A stretch of DNA of 61,199 nt, counting the filler. It is 9 parts of 9 records of this genome, joined end to end, with 100 filler letters (N's around TTAATTAATTAA, not from the genome) between each part and the next. Parts side by side here need not be neighbours in the genome. Positions count along the whole stretch, not along the records: positions 5,695 to 17,608 come from SRR31156797_117805; positions 17,709 to 23,174 come from SRR31156797_117919; 7 more parts are not named here. One strand, written 5' to 3'. Below are positions 10,560 through 19,381 of the stretch, piece after piece (position 1 is the first letter of the stretch; each line of letters begins with the position of its first letter). The translations under genes and the position numbers were made by a program. The notes under the pieces were generated by a model. The model was given only the letters and a program-made list of their open reading frames with translations, searched no databases and was not told the origin of the DNA.

Positions 10560-10985
10560 TTAACCCTTCGCGCCCTTACCGGGGAAGACGACGGGCACCG
10601 GGTCGTCGTCGATGGTGAAGGCGTTGGCGTTTTCGACCAGCGGATCCATGGCCTCGTTCAGATAACGGACGACACCGTCCTGGAATTCGGCGCGAATGGC
10701 CGCCCAGGTCACGAACAATCCGCCGTTCACCTGATATCCCATGATTTCTTCGTCATCGGCCAAACGGTCCAGATCGCTTGCCATGTTGGAACTGGCGCCG
10801 ATATAGACCCAGCGTGGGCGCAGACCGCCATGCCAGATGACAAAAACGCCGCTTTTGCCTGCCAACCCCTCTTCTTCTGGATCGAGATTGATAAAACGCC
10901 GGAAATGACCGCTGGCCGAGCGCGACCATTTCGGATCCTCCGCCGGCCCCAATGCCTTCGACTTTTTTCGAAACTTACCAAACAT
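10560..10985 (-). CDS. Hypothetical protein with a degenerate GIY-YIG-like motif
   Basis: SGVFVIWH...WVYIGASSNM...DPLVEN; SD-like GGAG-containing sequence upstream. Confidence 0.6.
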   Translation of the reverse strand: MFGKFRKKSKALGPAEDPKWSRSASGHFRRFINLDPEEEGLAGKSGVFVIWHGGLRPRWVYIGASSNMASDLDRLADDEEIMGYQVNGGLFVTWAAIRAEFQDGVVRYLNEAMDPLVENANAFTIDDDPVPVVFPGKGAKG

Positions 10986-11175
10986 GCACGTCTCGCCCGT
11001 TGCTCAGTCGGCCACCACCCCGATCTTTTGTCGGTTTTTCGGCCCCCCCATTCGTATTAGAGTCCCTCCGGATCGTAGTTTCGGCAGGAAGTCGTTGTAA
11101 AATGGTTAATTTTCGGACGAAATTCAATCACCGATGTTCTCTTTTCACCCCAGAATTTGATCCAGAATAGATGTA

Positions 11176-11703
11176 ATGATCGCCAATTTTCTGGCCGTCG
11201 TCCTTTGTTTTTCCGTCATCGCCCTGATTGCCGGGTTTACGCTGTATACCGGCGCCTCGCCGATGCCGACGTCCAGGCGCGTCCTGCGCCGCATGTTCGA
11301 TCTTCTGCCGGATACCGTCGACGGCCCCGTGTTCGAACTGGGTTCGGCCTGGGGAAGCCTGGCATTCGCAGCCGCCGACCGGTTCCCCGGCCAGCCGGTT
11401 CTGGCTTATGAAATCTCTCCGATTCCCTGGCTGTGGTCGCGCCTGCGCCTTGCCGTTTGCCGGCGGAACAACCTGCGCTTCCGCCTCGCCGACTTTTTCC
11501 GACACGACCTGAGCGGCGCGGCATTGGTGATCTGCTACCTGCATCCGAAGGCGATGGCAAAGCTGAAGGAAAAGCTGGAAGCGGAACTTCGGCCCGGCAC
11601 CCTGGTGCTGTGCAATACCTTCGCCATTCCCGGCTGGTCGCCCCTGGCCGAAACGGTCGCCGACGACATGCATCGAAGCCGGGTATTCCTGTACCGCGTG
11701 TGA
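11176..11703 (+). CDS. Membrane-anchored class I SAM-dependent methyltransferase
   Basis: N-terminal TM, SPMPTS, ELGSAWG motif I, YEISP, ELRPGTLVLCNTF. Confidence 0.8.
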   Translation: MIANFLAVVLCFSVIALIAGFTLYTGASPMPTSRRVLRRMFDLLPDTVDGPVFELGSAWGSLAFAAADRFPGQPVLAYEISPIPWLWSRLRLAVCRRNNLRFRLADFFRHDLSGAALVICYLHPKAMAKLKEKLEAELRPGTLVLCNTFAIPGWSPLAETVADDMHRSRVFLYRV

Positions 11704-11731
11704 CCGGCGCCGATGGCGCCGGGCGATGTCT

Positions 11732-13765
11732 CTATCCGATCGGGCCGGTCGCCTTGCGCAGCCAGGTTTTGATTTCGGCATCGACCAGCGGGCCGATCTC
11801 GTCGAAGACGCGGTTGTGATAGGCGTCGATCCAGGCCCGTTCCGTATCGCTCAGCATGGTCACATCGATCAGGGAGGTGTCGATCGGCACCAAAGTCAGG
11901 GTTTCGAAGCCGCGAAATTCCGATCCGTTCGCCGCCAAACCGGGCCGCGGTTCCACCGCCACCAGATTTTCGATCCGAATGCCGTATTCGCCGGTCTTGT
12001 AGAAACCGGGCTCGTTCGACAGCACCATGCCCGGTTCCAGGGCCTGATTGCTGTGTGCTTTCGAAATGCGGGCCGGCCCCTCGTGAACGCCGAGGAAACA
12101 ACCGACGCCGTGACCGGTGCCATGATCGAAGTCGAGCCCGGCCTGCCATAACGGGTTACGGGCGAAGGCATCCAGTTGCGAGCCCTTGGTGCCGGCCGGA
12201 AACACCGCCTGCGCCAGGGCGATATGCCCCTTCAGAACAAGGGTGAAGCGCTGCCGCATTTCGGCGCTTGGTGTGCCGATCGCCAGTGTGCGGGTGATAT
12301 CGGTCGTGCCGTCGACATATTGCGCTCCGGAATCGAGCAGAAACAGCGACCCCGCCTGCAGGCACCGGTCCGTTTCCGGCGTACAGCGGTAATGAACGAC
12401 GGCACCGTTCGAACCGGATCCGGCGATGGTCTCGAAACTGTCGCCGCGAAAAAGGCCGTCGGCCGCCCTGAATTCGTGAAGCTTTTCGACCACTTGCGAT
12501 TCCGCGATCGATCCGCCCGCCACCGCCCCTTCGAGCCACAACAGGAAGGTCGCCATGGTGGCGCCGTCGCGGCGGTGCGCCGCCCGCATGCCGTCCAGTT
12601 CGGTTTGGTTTTTGCACGCCTTCGGCAGAACGCAGGGATCGTGTCCCTTGACGGGTTCCGCTCCGGCCGCCTCCAGCCGGTTCCAGACCCAGGCCGGGGC
12701 GCCGTCGCCGTCGACCCGGATGGCGGCCTTTTCGCGGCCGATCCGGTCCAGGGCATCGCCGAGCCGGTCGGGGTCGTGGATGCGCACGCCGTCGCCGAGA
12801 TGCCGCTTCGTTTCGGCCGATATCTTGCGCCGGTCCGTGAACAGATCGATGGTCCCGTCGGCACGAAGAATCGCGAAGGCCAGGGTGATCGGCGTATACG
12901 GCACGTCGCCGCCGCGCACGTTGAGCAGCCAGACGATGGATTCCGGCGCCGCGATGAAGGCGGCATCGAGCCCTTCGGCCTGCAGATCCTCGGCCAGGTT
13001 CCGGCGCTTGTCGGCCGATGCGACGCCGGCATACTCGGGGCCGTGCGGCACCATCGGCGACAGCGGTCGGGCCGGCTGATCTTCCCACAATTCGTCGATC
13101 GGGTTGTCGACGAGCGCAACCAGGTCGGCGCCGGCCCGTTTGCAGGCCCGGCGCAGGCGGATCGCCTGGTTCGGCGTGTGCAGCCAGGGATCGTATCCGA
13201 ACCGCTGCCCCGATTTCAGTTTCGCCGCGATCCAGTCTTCGAACGGCTCGTCGACGGCATGGCGGCGTTCGTACAGGCCGCCGTCGACCTGCGTTTCGAC
13301 CTGCAGCGTATAGCGCCCGTCGACAAAAACCGCGGCGCTGTCGGCCAAAACGACGGCAATTCCGGCAGAACCGGAAAACCCGGTCAGCCAAGCCAGCCTT
13401 TCGGCCCGGCGCGGCAGGGACTCGCCGGGATTGGCATCGGCACGCGGGACGACGAAACCGTCAAGTCGGCGTTTGCGCAGGCTTTTACGCAGGCGCGACA
13501 GGCGTTGATCCGCATCCGGGCTGTCGCCGTTTTCGTGCCGCGCCGTCGCCGCTTCCAACAACGCCGACAACTGGGCCGACAGCTCCGGCGCCCCGGCAAG
13601 GATATCGTCGCCGGCGATCAAGCGCTTCCAGGTATCGGGCGGCGTGCCGACGGGCGCGGCCGCGGCGCCCCGCACGATGTCCCGAACCGCCTCGGCCGAG
13701 AAGCCGATGCCGGCCGCCGAAAGCAGCTTTTCAAGGTTCCGATCGCCGCGATATCCGTCGTTCAA
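11732..13765 (-). CDS. Xaa-Pro aminopeptidase (M24B) with an N-terminal extension
   Basis: Metal ligands in DSGAQYVDGTTDITRT, HGTGHGVG, HEGP, SNEPG and GIRIEN. Start placed at TTG 13765 with GGAGG upstream. Confidence 0.92.
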   Translation of the reverse strand: MNDGYRGDRNLEKLLSAAGIGFSAEAVRDIVRGAAAAPVGTPPDTWKRLIAGDDILAGAPELSAQLSALLEAATARHENGDSPDADQRLSRLRKSLRKRRLDGFVVPRADANPGESLPRRAERLAWLTGFSGSAGIAVVLADSAAVFVDGRYTLQVETQVDGGLYERRHAVDEPFEDWIAAKLKSGQRFGYDPWLHTPNQAIRLRRACKRAGADLVALVDNPIDELWEDQPARPLSPMVPHGPEYAGVASADKRRNLAEDLQAEGLDAAFIAAPESIVWLLNVRGGDVPYTPITLAFAILRADGTIDLFTDRRKISAETKRHLGDGVRIHDPDRLGDALDRIGREKAAIRVDGDGAPAWVWNRLEAAGAEPVKGHDPCVLPKACKNQTELDGMRAAHRRDGATMATFLLWLEGAVAGGSIAESQVVEKLHEFRAADGLFRGDSFETIAGSGSNGAVVHYRCTPETDRCLQAGSLFLLDSGAQYVDGTTDITRTLAIGTPSAEMRQRFTLVLKGHIALAQAVFPAGTKGSQLDAFARNPLWQAGLDFDHGTGHGVGCFLGVHEGPARISKAHSNQALEPGMVLSNEPGFYKTGEYGIRIENLVAVEPRPGLAANGSEFRGFETLTLVPIDTSLIDVTMLSDTERAWIDAYHNRVFDEIGPLVDAEIKTWLRKATGPIG

Positions 13766-14157
13766 GCGCCGGTCCTCCGTCGTTTTCCGGTGTCCAGGAT
13801 AGGCTAAGCATGAGCCCCATCCGGCGCAAGCCGAATGAGAAATGCCGGAGTGTGACGATTCCGAGACATGCATGGCCGGTAGGGCAGAGCTGCGAAATAC
13901 GCACTTCATGTATTTCAAAAAAGGAATATATCGGGAGGCGTTGGATGTTCGGTCCGTCGCAGCGCCCAACACGACGGTTCGAAAACGCGACCTCCGACAC
14001 GGAATTTGGATGTCGGACATACGCCGCGCTCGGCGCGACGACGGTCCGGCCCCGGCCGCGAAAAAACCGACACCACGGCACCCTCGCCCAGGGTGTCCGT
14101 TTAACAAGAACAAGAAAACACGATCCCTACGGACGTTTTTTAAAAAGGAATTCACAG

Positions 14158-14556
14158 ATGTTAAATGCCAAGAACGACGACTACCGAGTGCTCACATCCG
14201 ACTTCGACTTCTCTGCCTACGAAGTCCAGATGCGGCGTGGCGAAGAGATCGCCTCCATCTATCTTGCCATCACCAACCTGTTCACGAAGCAGATCTTCGG
14301 CCGGATCGCCACCTGGTACAAACGCCAGCGTCTGGCCCAGGACCTCGAATCGTTGGATGACCGCCTGCTCGCCGATGTCGGCATATCGCGGGAGCAGATC
14401 CCGGCCGCCGTCCGGAATGCCTACCCCTATCCCGTCAACACGGTAAAGGGTGCGCCCGCCGAAGTCGCGGTCAAGGCCCAGTCGCTGGTTGCGCCGACGG
14501 CCGAAGTTGCCGCCGCGGCCGTCAACGACCGCCACCCGGCACAGGTTGCAGCCTAG
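14158..14556 (+). CDS. DUF1127 (YjiS-like) domain protein
   Basis: WYKRQRLAQDLESLDDRLLADVGISREQI; SD AAGGA precedes ATG 14158. Confidence 0.85.
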   Translation: MLNAKNDDYRVLTSDFDFSAYEVQMRRGEEIASIYLAITNLFTKQIFGRIATWYKRQRLAQDLESLDDRLLADVGISREQIPAAVRNAYPYPVNTVKGAPAEVAVKAQSLVAPTAEVAAAAVNDRHPAQVAA

Positions 14557-14557
14557 C

Positions 14558-14577
14558 GCGAACACCTCCGAGTTCGC
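14558..14577 (+). ncRNA. Candidate 3'-UTR-derived sRNA hairpin with a CCUCC loop
   Basis: GCGAAC-acctccga-GTTCGC starts 1 nt after the DUF1127 stop. Confidence 0.35.
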
Positions 14578-14584
14578 AGGGAAC

Positions 14585-14628
14585 AAGGCGCGGCGGACGG
14601 AAACGAATTTCCGTTCATCGCGCCTTTT
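14585..14628 (+). terminator. Long hairpin, probable terminator
   Basis: AAGGCGCGGCGGACGGAAA-cgaa-TTTCCGTTCATCGCGCCTT: 19-bp stem with one mismatch and two G-U pairs; overlaps the stop of the convergent gene. Confidence 0.6.
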
Positions 14629-15769
14629 CCGCGTCCGCTTTTTTCATGTCGGCAAGGATGGTCCTGATCGCCAGGGCCGAAACCTTGTGGCGGGCATGAC
14701 TTTCGTCGATGAAAACCGAAAACGCGCCGCCGCCGGTGGCGGCGACCGCGTCACGAACCGCGTCCTCGTATAGGCGTCCCTTGACGCCGTTGTAGCAGCA
14801 GCGGTCGTACCGATTGAGAATCTGAATCTGGCGCCGGTCGCCGCCGAATGCTGCCAGGGCATACATTTCCAGATAATTGGCGACCCGGATCATCGGTGCG
14901 TAGTATTGCGGCCGCGGCGACTGCTTGGCCTCATCGCCGGCCCGGATGTAAAGCGGATAGGTGCCGGCGACCGGATAGCTCGCGCCTATTCGCTCATCCA
15001 TGGCGGCAACGACGGTCGTCACCCAGCCGCCGGCCGAGAAGCCGATCATGCGAACGTCGGATACGTCCAGTTCGGCCAACGCATAGTTGACCGCGACCAC
15101 CGGCGGCCCCATCCAGAATCGCAACGGATATTCGCGCAGGTCGAGAATGCGCCATGGATGGGTGTAATACCAACCAACCCGCGGCAGATAGGCATTTGGC
15201 GGCAGGTTTCCGCTTAGCCCCGGCAAGGCCAGGACCAAAACATCATACCCGGCCGACAACAGTTTCCCGAATATCTCGGTGTGGCGGCCCGGCCCGCCGG
15301 CGCCGTGGCCGTCATGAAACAGGACGGCGCTTCGGCTTCGGTCCCGGGGCCGCAGGTGGAGGATTCTGGACCGCCCGCCCCCGGCGAATTCGACATCGAT
15401 CCGGTCGATCCGTTCAAGATTTTCCAGCCCGTCGAAACGCGGATCGGAAATGCCCTGTTCGATCGCATCGGGCAGTCTGTCAACCGGCAGCCCGGTCGGG
15501 CCGAAGACGGCAGCGATCAGGTCCCGGCGCTGGCGCGCTGCATCTTCAGGCAGGTAGGCGGTGATCAAATCGGCGGGATTCGTCATGAAGTATCCGGGCG
15601 CCGCCAATTCGTACCGATAGGGGCTGTCCGCCCGCCATCGTTTCCACATCGCCCGCGTCGGGTCCCATTCGTACAGCGCCGCGCCGATGCCGTACAACGA
15701 TGCGGCAATGGCAACGGCGGCCCAAAACCAGCGCCGGCCAAACATCCTGAATATCCAACCGAACCGCAT
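14615..15769 (-). CDS. Membrane-anchored alpha/beta-hydrolase-fold protein
   Basis: N-terminal TM, FHDGH, GFSAGG nucleophile elbow, C-terminal His (HARHKVS). Confidence 0.65.
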   Translation of the reverse strand: MRFGWIFRMFGRRWFWAAVAIAASLYGIGAALYEWDPTRAMWKRWRADSPYRYELAAPGYFMTNPADLITAYLPEDAARQRRDLIAAVFGPTGLPVDRLPDAIEQGISDPRFDGLENLERIDRIDVEFAGGGRSRILHLRPRDRSRSAVLFHDGHGAGGPGRHTEIFGKLLSAGYDVLVLALPGLSGNLPPNAYLPRVGWYYTHPWRILDLREYPLRFWMGPPVVAVNYALAELDVSDVRMIGFSAGGWVTTVVAAMDERIGASYPVAGTYPLYIRAGDEAKQSPRPQYYAPMIRVANYLEMYALAAFGGDRRQIQILNRYDRCCYNGVKGRLYEDAVRDAVAATGGGAFSVFIDESHARHKVSALAIRTILADMKKADAEKAR

Positions 15770-15789
15770 TGTCCCCCGCTAACAGCCTG

Positions 15790-16104
15790 CTAACGCCTCT
15801 GTTTCGAATAGCCCTTCGACACCATGCATTCGTCGATCAGTTTGTCGCCGTACCTGATGGCGTCGTGCTGCACCATGCTTGCCTGAAAGCTGCTTGCGGC
15901 GCCACCGGAATCGTCCGCCCCGGCGGCACCGCCAAAGCGCCGGTCGACGGCGGAACCGGCGGCTCTTCGGCAAGACGCCAGATCGGCCCGGCGCTGTGCC
16001 GACGTCGTTTCCGGCTTCGTCCAGGTCGTCGGCGCCGCACACGAGGCGATCGCCACGGATAAAAAAACGGCCGACAGAACGGCGGAAATCGAACGCATGG
16101 TCAT
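15790..16104 (-). CDS. Small lipoprotein
   Basis: Lipobox IASC, WTKP...DLASC...CMVSKGY pattern; ATGA overlap with tlpA. Confidence 0.7.
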   Translation of the reverse strand: MTMRSISAVLSAVFLSVAIASCAAPTTWTKPETTSAQRRADLASCRRAAGSAVDRRFGGAAGADDSGGAASSFQASMVQHDAIRYGDKLIDECMVSKGYSKQRR

Positions 16105-16691
16105 TTTCCCTTCGCTGCCGCGACACGGCCCAAACAGGCCCGCAAAAAACCGACCGCTTCCGGCGAATCCCATTCGGCGGCGCCGGTCAGACGGCCGATC
16201 TCGTAACCCTTTTCATCGATCAGGACCGTCGTCGGCAGGCCTTGAATGCCCATGCTTCGCGCCGCACCCAGCCCCTTGTCAATCGACACCGGCAGATTGC
16301 GGATCGCGTTTTTTTCGAAGAACGGTTCGACCGCGCTTTTCCCGCCACGGTCGCCGGACAGGGCCAGAACCTCGATGCCGTCGCCGATCAGGGCCGCCCG
16401 CAGCCTGTCCAGGGCGGGCATTTCGCGAACGCAGGGGGCGCACCAGGTGGCCCAGAAATTAAGCACGATTCCGGTTCCGGCATAGTCGGCCAGGCGCATT
16501 TCGGCGCCGTCGGCAGTGGCAAATGTCACCGTCGATCGATCGATCGCCTCCGACGCCGGTTCGAATGCCGCCAGGACGTCCGGAACGCCTTCGCATTTTC
16601 GGATTTGCGTGCCGGTATCGTACAGGGCTATGGTCGCAGCCGCGATAGCGGTTGCTGCAACGACGAGCGACAGGATAATTCGCGTTTTCAC
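16101..16691 (-). CDS. tlpA: TlpA-family thiol-disulfide oxidoreductase
   Basis: [18 protein letters not shown] and [10 protein letters not shown]-terminal anchor; GTG start inferred. Confidence 0.88.
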   Translation of the reverse strand: MKTRIILSLVVAATAIAAATIALYDTGTQIRKCEGVPDVLAAFEPASEAIDRSTVTFATADGAEMRLADYAGTGIVLNFWATWCAPCVREMPALDRLRAALIGDGIEVLALSGDRGGKSAVEPFFEKNAIRNLPVSIDKGLGAARSMGIQGLPTTVLIDEKGYEIGRLTGAAEWDSPEAVGFLRACLGRVAAAKGK

Positions 16692-16715
16692 AACAGTTTG
16701 ATTGATGACCCGACC

Positions 16716-17608
16716 ATGACCAAGAAAGGACAACACCCGCCAGCCGACACCAGCGCCATCTGGGGCGGACGCTTCGACTGCGCGCCGGCATCGGTCATGG
16801 AGGAAATCAACGCTTCGATCGATTTTGACCGGCGGCTGGCCCAACAGGACATCGCCGGATCGCTCGCCCATTGCCGGATGCTGGTGCGCACCGGCATCAT
16901 ATCGGAAACCGACGGCGATTCCATCATCGCCGGATTGGAAAAGATCGCCGCCGAAATCGCCGCCGGCGAGTTCGAATTTTCGCGCGCGCTCGAAGACATC
17001 CATATGAATATCGAGGCGCGGCTGGCCGACCTGATCGGCGATGCCGCCGGCAGGCTGCACACGGCACGCTCGCGCAACGACCAGGTCGCGACCGATTTCC
17101 GGCTCTGGGTGCGCGACGCCATCGATGCGTTGGCCGATCGCATCCGGCTTCTCCAGAAGATTCTGATCGATCAGGCCGAAGCCCACGCCGAAACGGTATT
17201 GCCCGGCTTCACCCATCTGCAGACGGCGCAGCCGGTGATTCTCGGTCACTATCTGCTGGCCTATGTCGAAATGCTCGGCCGCGATGGCGGGCGCCTGGCC
17301 GACTGCCGCAAGCGTTTGAACGAATGCCCCCTGGGGGCGGCCGCCCTGGCCGGCACGTCGTTTCCGATTGACCGCGCCGCCACCGCCGAGGCGCTCGGTT
17401 TCGATGCGCCGTGCGCGAATTCCATGGACGCCGTCTCGGACCGGGATTTCGCCATGGAGTTCCTCGCCGCCGGCGCGGTGCTCGCCGTTCACCTGTCGCG
17501 GATGGCCGAGGAAATCGTGCTCTGGTGCTCGGACGGCTTCAAATTCATGCGGCTGTCGGATTCCTATTCGACCGGCAGTTCGATCATGCCGCAGAAGCGC
17601 AACCCCGA
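16716..17608 (+). CDS. argH: Argininosuccinate lyase, 3'-truncated
   Basis: [48 protein letters not shown]. Confidence 0.96.
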
Positions 17609-17708
17609 NNNNNNNNNNNNNNNNNNNNNNNNNNNNNNNNNNNNNNNNNNNNTTAATTAATTAANNNNNNNNNNNNNNNNNNNNNNNNNNNNNNNNNNNN
17701 NNNNNNNN
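17609..17708. other. Artificial contig linker
   Basis: N-run around TTAATTAATTAA. Confidence 0.99.
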
Positions 17709-17986
17709 TCGATCAAAGGACCGTGCAACCAGGCGCAGGCCATGTCCATATCGTATTCTGCACCCATGATGCCAACAAGCTTATTACGAGAAAAAGCAAG
17801 AATGTAGGTCAATTCACCGTCATTGAAATATGTTTCCAACCCGGTCGCGATCTCTTTAGCCGTTTCGCCTGCCCAGGAGTGAACGCAATGCCGGGTAGGA
17901 TCTTGCGATATATCAACGATCCATTCTGATATTCTGCCCAGATCTTGGAATTCAGCTTTTGTGAAGGTGTATTGTTTTATTTTCAT
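17709..17986 (-). CDS. Probable GNAT acetyltransferase, N-terminal fragment
   Basis: ILAFSRNKLVGIMG...AWLHGP beta-strand pattern; truncated by the linker. Confidence 0.5.
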
Positions 17987-18088
17987 AAACGTAATATATG
18001 TCCCGTAAACGTACAGGACTACAGATAATCAATATATTTGGAATTATATTTTGTCAAGTCAGATTTATATCTAAACTCCGATCATAAG

Positions 18089-18586
18089 CTACTTATAATA
18101 CCCTGAGCCGACGACCCATCCAAAAGGTTCAAAAAGCTTAACATAGGATCGTTTAGCCTGTGGCTCGGTTTTACCCAGCTTGACGAAAGAATACTCGAAG
18201 TATCCGCAACCCTTGGTTTCGGCAATTTTAATAAATTCCTTTACATAGTATATGCCGTTGGGGTCTTTATCTTCAAGACGGTTTCGACCTTCAACATCTT
18301 TACGACCGTAAAGGACAACATTGACACCTTCCTTGGTATCTGCCCAAAAGTATCCTTCATCACCGTAACGAAGATCACGCAGAAGGTCAGCAGCATGTGC
18401 TTTCACTTTTTCAATATCGCCATCTGCGTGTTTGTTATACACTGCTTCAAGCATAGAGATGGCCGTCTCGACCTCACTCTTGATGAGCAGGTCCATATCT
18501 GCTTTGTATTGCTTTGTATCGGACTGACAACAGCCGGATAAGAGAACAAGTGAAATAACCAATGCCATCGTTAATAAACGTTTCAT
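18089..18586 (-). CDS. Stand-alone single Cache domain lipoprotein
   Basis: Lipobox LSGC; LRYGDEGYFW, DPNGIYYVKE, KRSYVKLFEPFGWVVGSGYY; SD AGGGAG. Confidence 0.82.
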   Translation of the reverse strand: MKRLLTMALVISLVLLSGCCQSDTKQYKADMDLLIKSEVETAISMLEAVYNKHADGDIEKVKAHAADLLRDLRYGDEGYFWADTKEGVNVVLYGRKDVEGRNRLEDKDPNGIYYVKEFIKIAETKGCGYFEYSFVKLGKTEPQAKRSYVKLFEPFGWVVGSGYYK

Positions 18587-18629
18587 TTGATACACTCCCT
18601 TGTTAATTCTTAGTCTTAATAATATTGAC

Positions 18630-19076
18630 TTATTTATCCATAGGATTCAAGTTGGCATGTGCGATCCATTTCCACTCTTTGCCATCATGTTTGAACACAC
18701 TCAAACGTTCAGCCGGAGCGCTTGGTAATTCTTTGCCTTCAATGGTTTCATGAACGGCGACGGTATAGGTAACGACCAGAACATTTCCGTTTTGAGTGGA
18801 ATGAAAATCATCAAGAGTATACGTGCCAAGATGCAGGTTCATTAACACTTGCACTTCGTCGTCCTTGTCCCTGGCTTTATCCTCATGTACGGATTGAAAA
18901 CCCGGAGACAACCAGTTCTCAAATGTGGCTTGGTCATTTTTATTGAAATCTTCCCAAAGGCTGCGAATAAGTTTTTCTCCATCTGCAAGAGGAGTGTCCG
19001 GAGTTTTAGCATTCTGACAGCTAATAATACTCAAAATAAAAATAAAAGCGACGATACATAAAAATAGCTTTTTCAT
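18630..19076 (-). CDS. NTF2-like/DUF4440 lipoprotein
   Basis: Lipobox IISC; LSPGFQSVH and RLSVFKHDGKEWKWIAHAN. Confidence 0.72.
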   Translation of the reverse strand: MKKLFLCIVAFIFILSIISCQNAKTPDTPLADGEKLIRSLWEDFNKNDQATFENWLSPGFQSVHEDKARDKDDEVQVLMNLHLGTYTLDDFHSTQNGNVLVVTYTVAVHETIEGKELPSAPAERLSVFKHDGKEWKWIAHANLNPMDK

Positions 19077-19146
19077 TTTTCCCTCATTGTTTATGTGTTT
19101 GCGCTAATATATACGGAAGATGTGGAAAAATACCAAAGAAAAATTC

Positions 19147-19188
19147 TGTGACCAGTGACCGGTGACCAGAGACCAGTAAGCTGTGACC
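19147..19188 (+). repeat. Tandem 7-mer array (NGTGACC-like, 6 units)
   Basis: tgtgacc agtgacc ggtgacc agagacc agtaagc tgtgacc. Confidence 0.85.
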
Positions 19189-19190
19189 GG

Positions 19191-19260
19191 CCTGTCCACC
19201 GTAGGCCTACTTCATCAGAGTAGCATCGCTATGTAGACTGAACTTTAAGCGAAGGTGGAT
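19191..19260. repeat. REP-like palindromic element with a nested insert
   Basis: Outer stem TCCACC-GTAG ... GC-GAA-GGTGGA with internal CTAC/GTAG and TAGC/GCTA stems. Confidence 0.5.
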
Positions 19261-19288
19261 AACCTGAAAATATCAATTTTGATAAATA

Positions 19289-19325
19289 TAAAAAGGGCTG
19301 AAAATTCTCAGCCCTAACTTTTTTA
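19289..19325. terminator. Intrinsic terminator downstream of the VIT-VWA gene (possibly bidirectional)
   Basis: AAAAAGGGCTGA-aaattc-TCAGCCCT followed closely by a T run. Confidence 0.7.
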
Positions 19326-19353
19326 CTTTGTGTTTTCTGCTTCTGACTTGACC

Positions 19354-19381
19354 AGTCACTCGTTACTAGTTACTCGTCACT
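19354..19381 (-). repeat. Tandem 7-mer array (4 units), inverted relative to 19147-19188
   Basis: agtcact cgttact agttact cgtcact; overlaps the TAG stop of the VIT-VWA gene. Confidence 0.8.

Noticed and set aside
5910..17492. Many long antisense or alternative-frame ORFs (e.g. 6931-8844 +, 12176-13807 +, 9509-10474 +)
   Set aside because: They are shadow ORFs of well-supported genes in high-GC DNA, with Arg/Pro/Ala-rich translations and no motifs.
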